From sequence record PV754031.1: DNA of 64,000 nucleotides. One strand, given 5' to 3'. The position numbers were made by a program, and so were the translations under genes. How positions within the stretch are numbered: the stretch's first letter is position 1; each line of letters begins with the position of its first letter. The notes beneath the pieces are model-generated. The model had not been told where the DNA came from. It saw only the letters and a list, made by a program, of their open reading frames with translations, and ran no database searches. Shown piece by piece: positions 63,999-64,000 of the stretch.

Positions 63999-64000
63999 GA

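Overview
This window is about 64 kb of an AT-rich jumbo-phage genome. Gene order and content match, from memory, the right arm of Pseudomonas phiKZ-like phages (Phikzvirus, nucleus-forming Chimalliviridae), roughly the gp203-gp306 orthologous interval; I did not run a search to confirm this. Recognisable genes are dCTP deaminase, thymidylate synthase, an SspB-like ClpXP adaptor, an RlaP-type nucleotidyltransferase, an HD alarmone-hydrolase-like protein, two AAA+ ATPases, a Kelch protein, a large head-associated protein, nrdB and the 3' end of nrdA. Seven tRNAs lie on the minus strand: Thr-UGU, Asn-GUU twice, Asp-GUC, CAU (Ile2-like), Pro-UGG and Leu-UAA. Positions 0.7-51.7 kb are a dense plus-strand array of small, mostly unknown genes. 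They are organised as cassettes bounded by near-identical GC hairpin terminators, often directly followed by TATATTAC early promoters. Positions 51.8-64 kb are mostly on the minus strand. The most interesting unexplained signals are: (i) three GC-rich, non-coding, structured intergenic elements, each ending in a terminator (421-617, 49479-49600, 59545-59700), the last with two anti-Shine-Dalgarno-like C-rich loops; (ii) a tandem array of signal-peptide, two-cysteine periplasmic paralogues (27.3-30.1 kb); (iii) an exact tRNA-Asn duplication flanking a 2-kb two-gene cassette; (iv) an exact 45-bp terminator+promoter repeat; (v) several putative host-takeover enzymes (ART-like pair, deaminase, alarmone hydrolase, Ntn-hydrolase). 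No CRISPR array, rRNA, intron or intein was seen. Family assignments rest on motifs recognised by eye.
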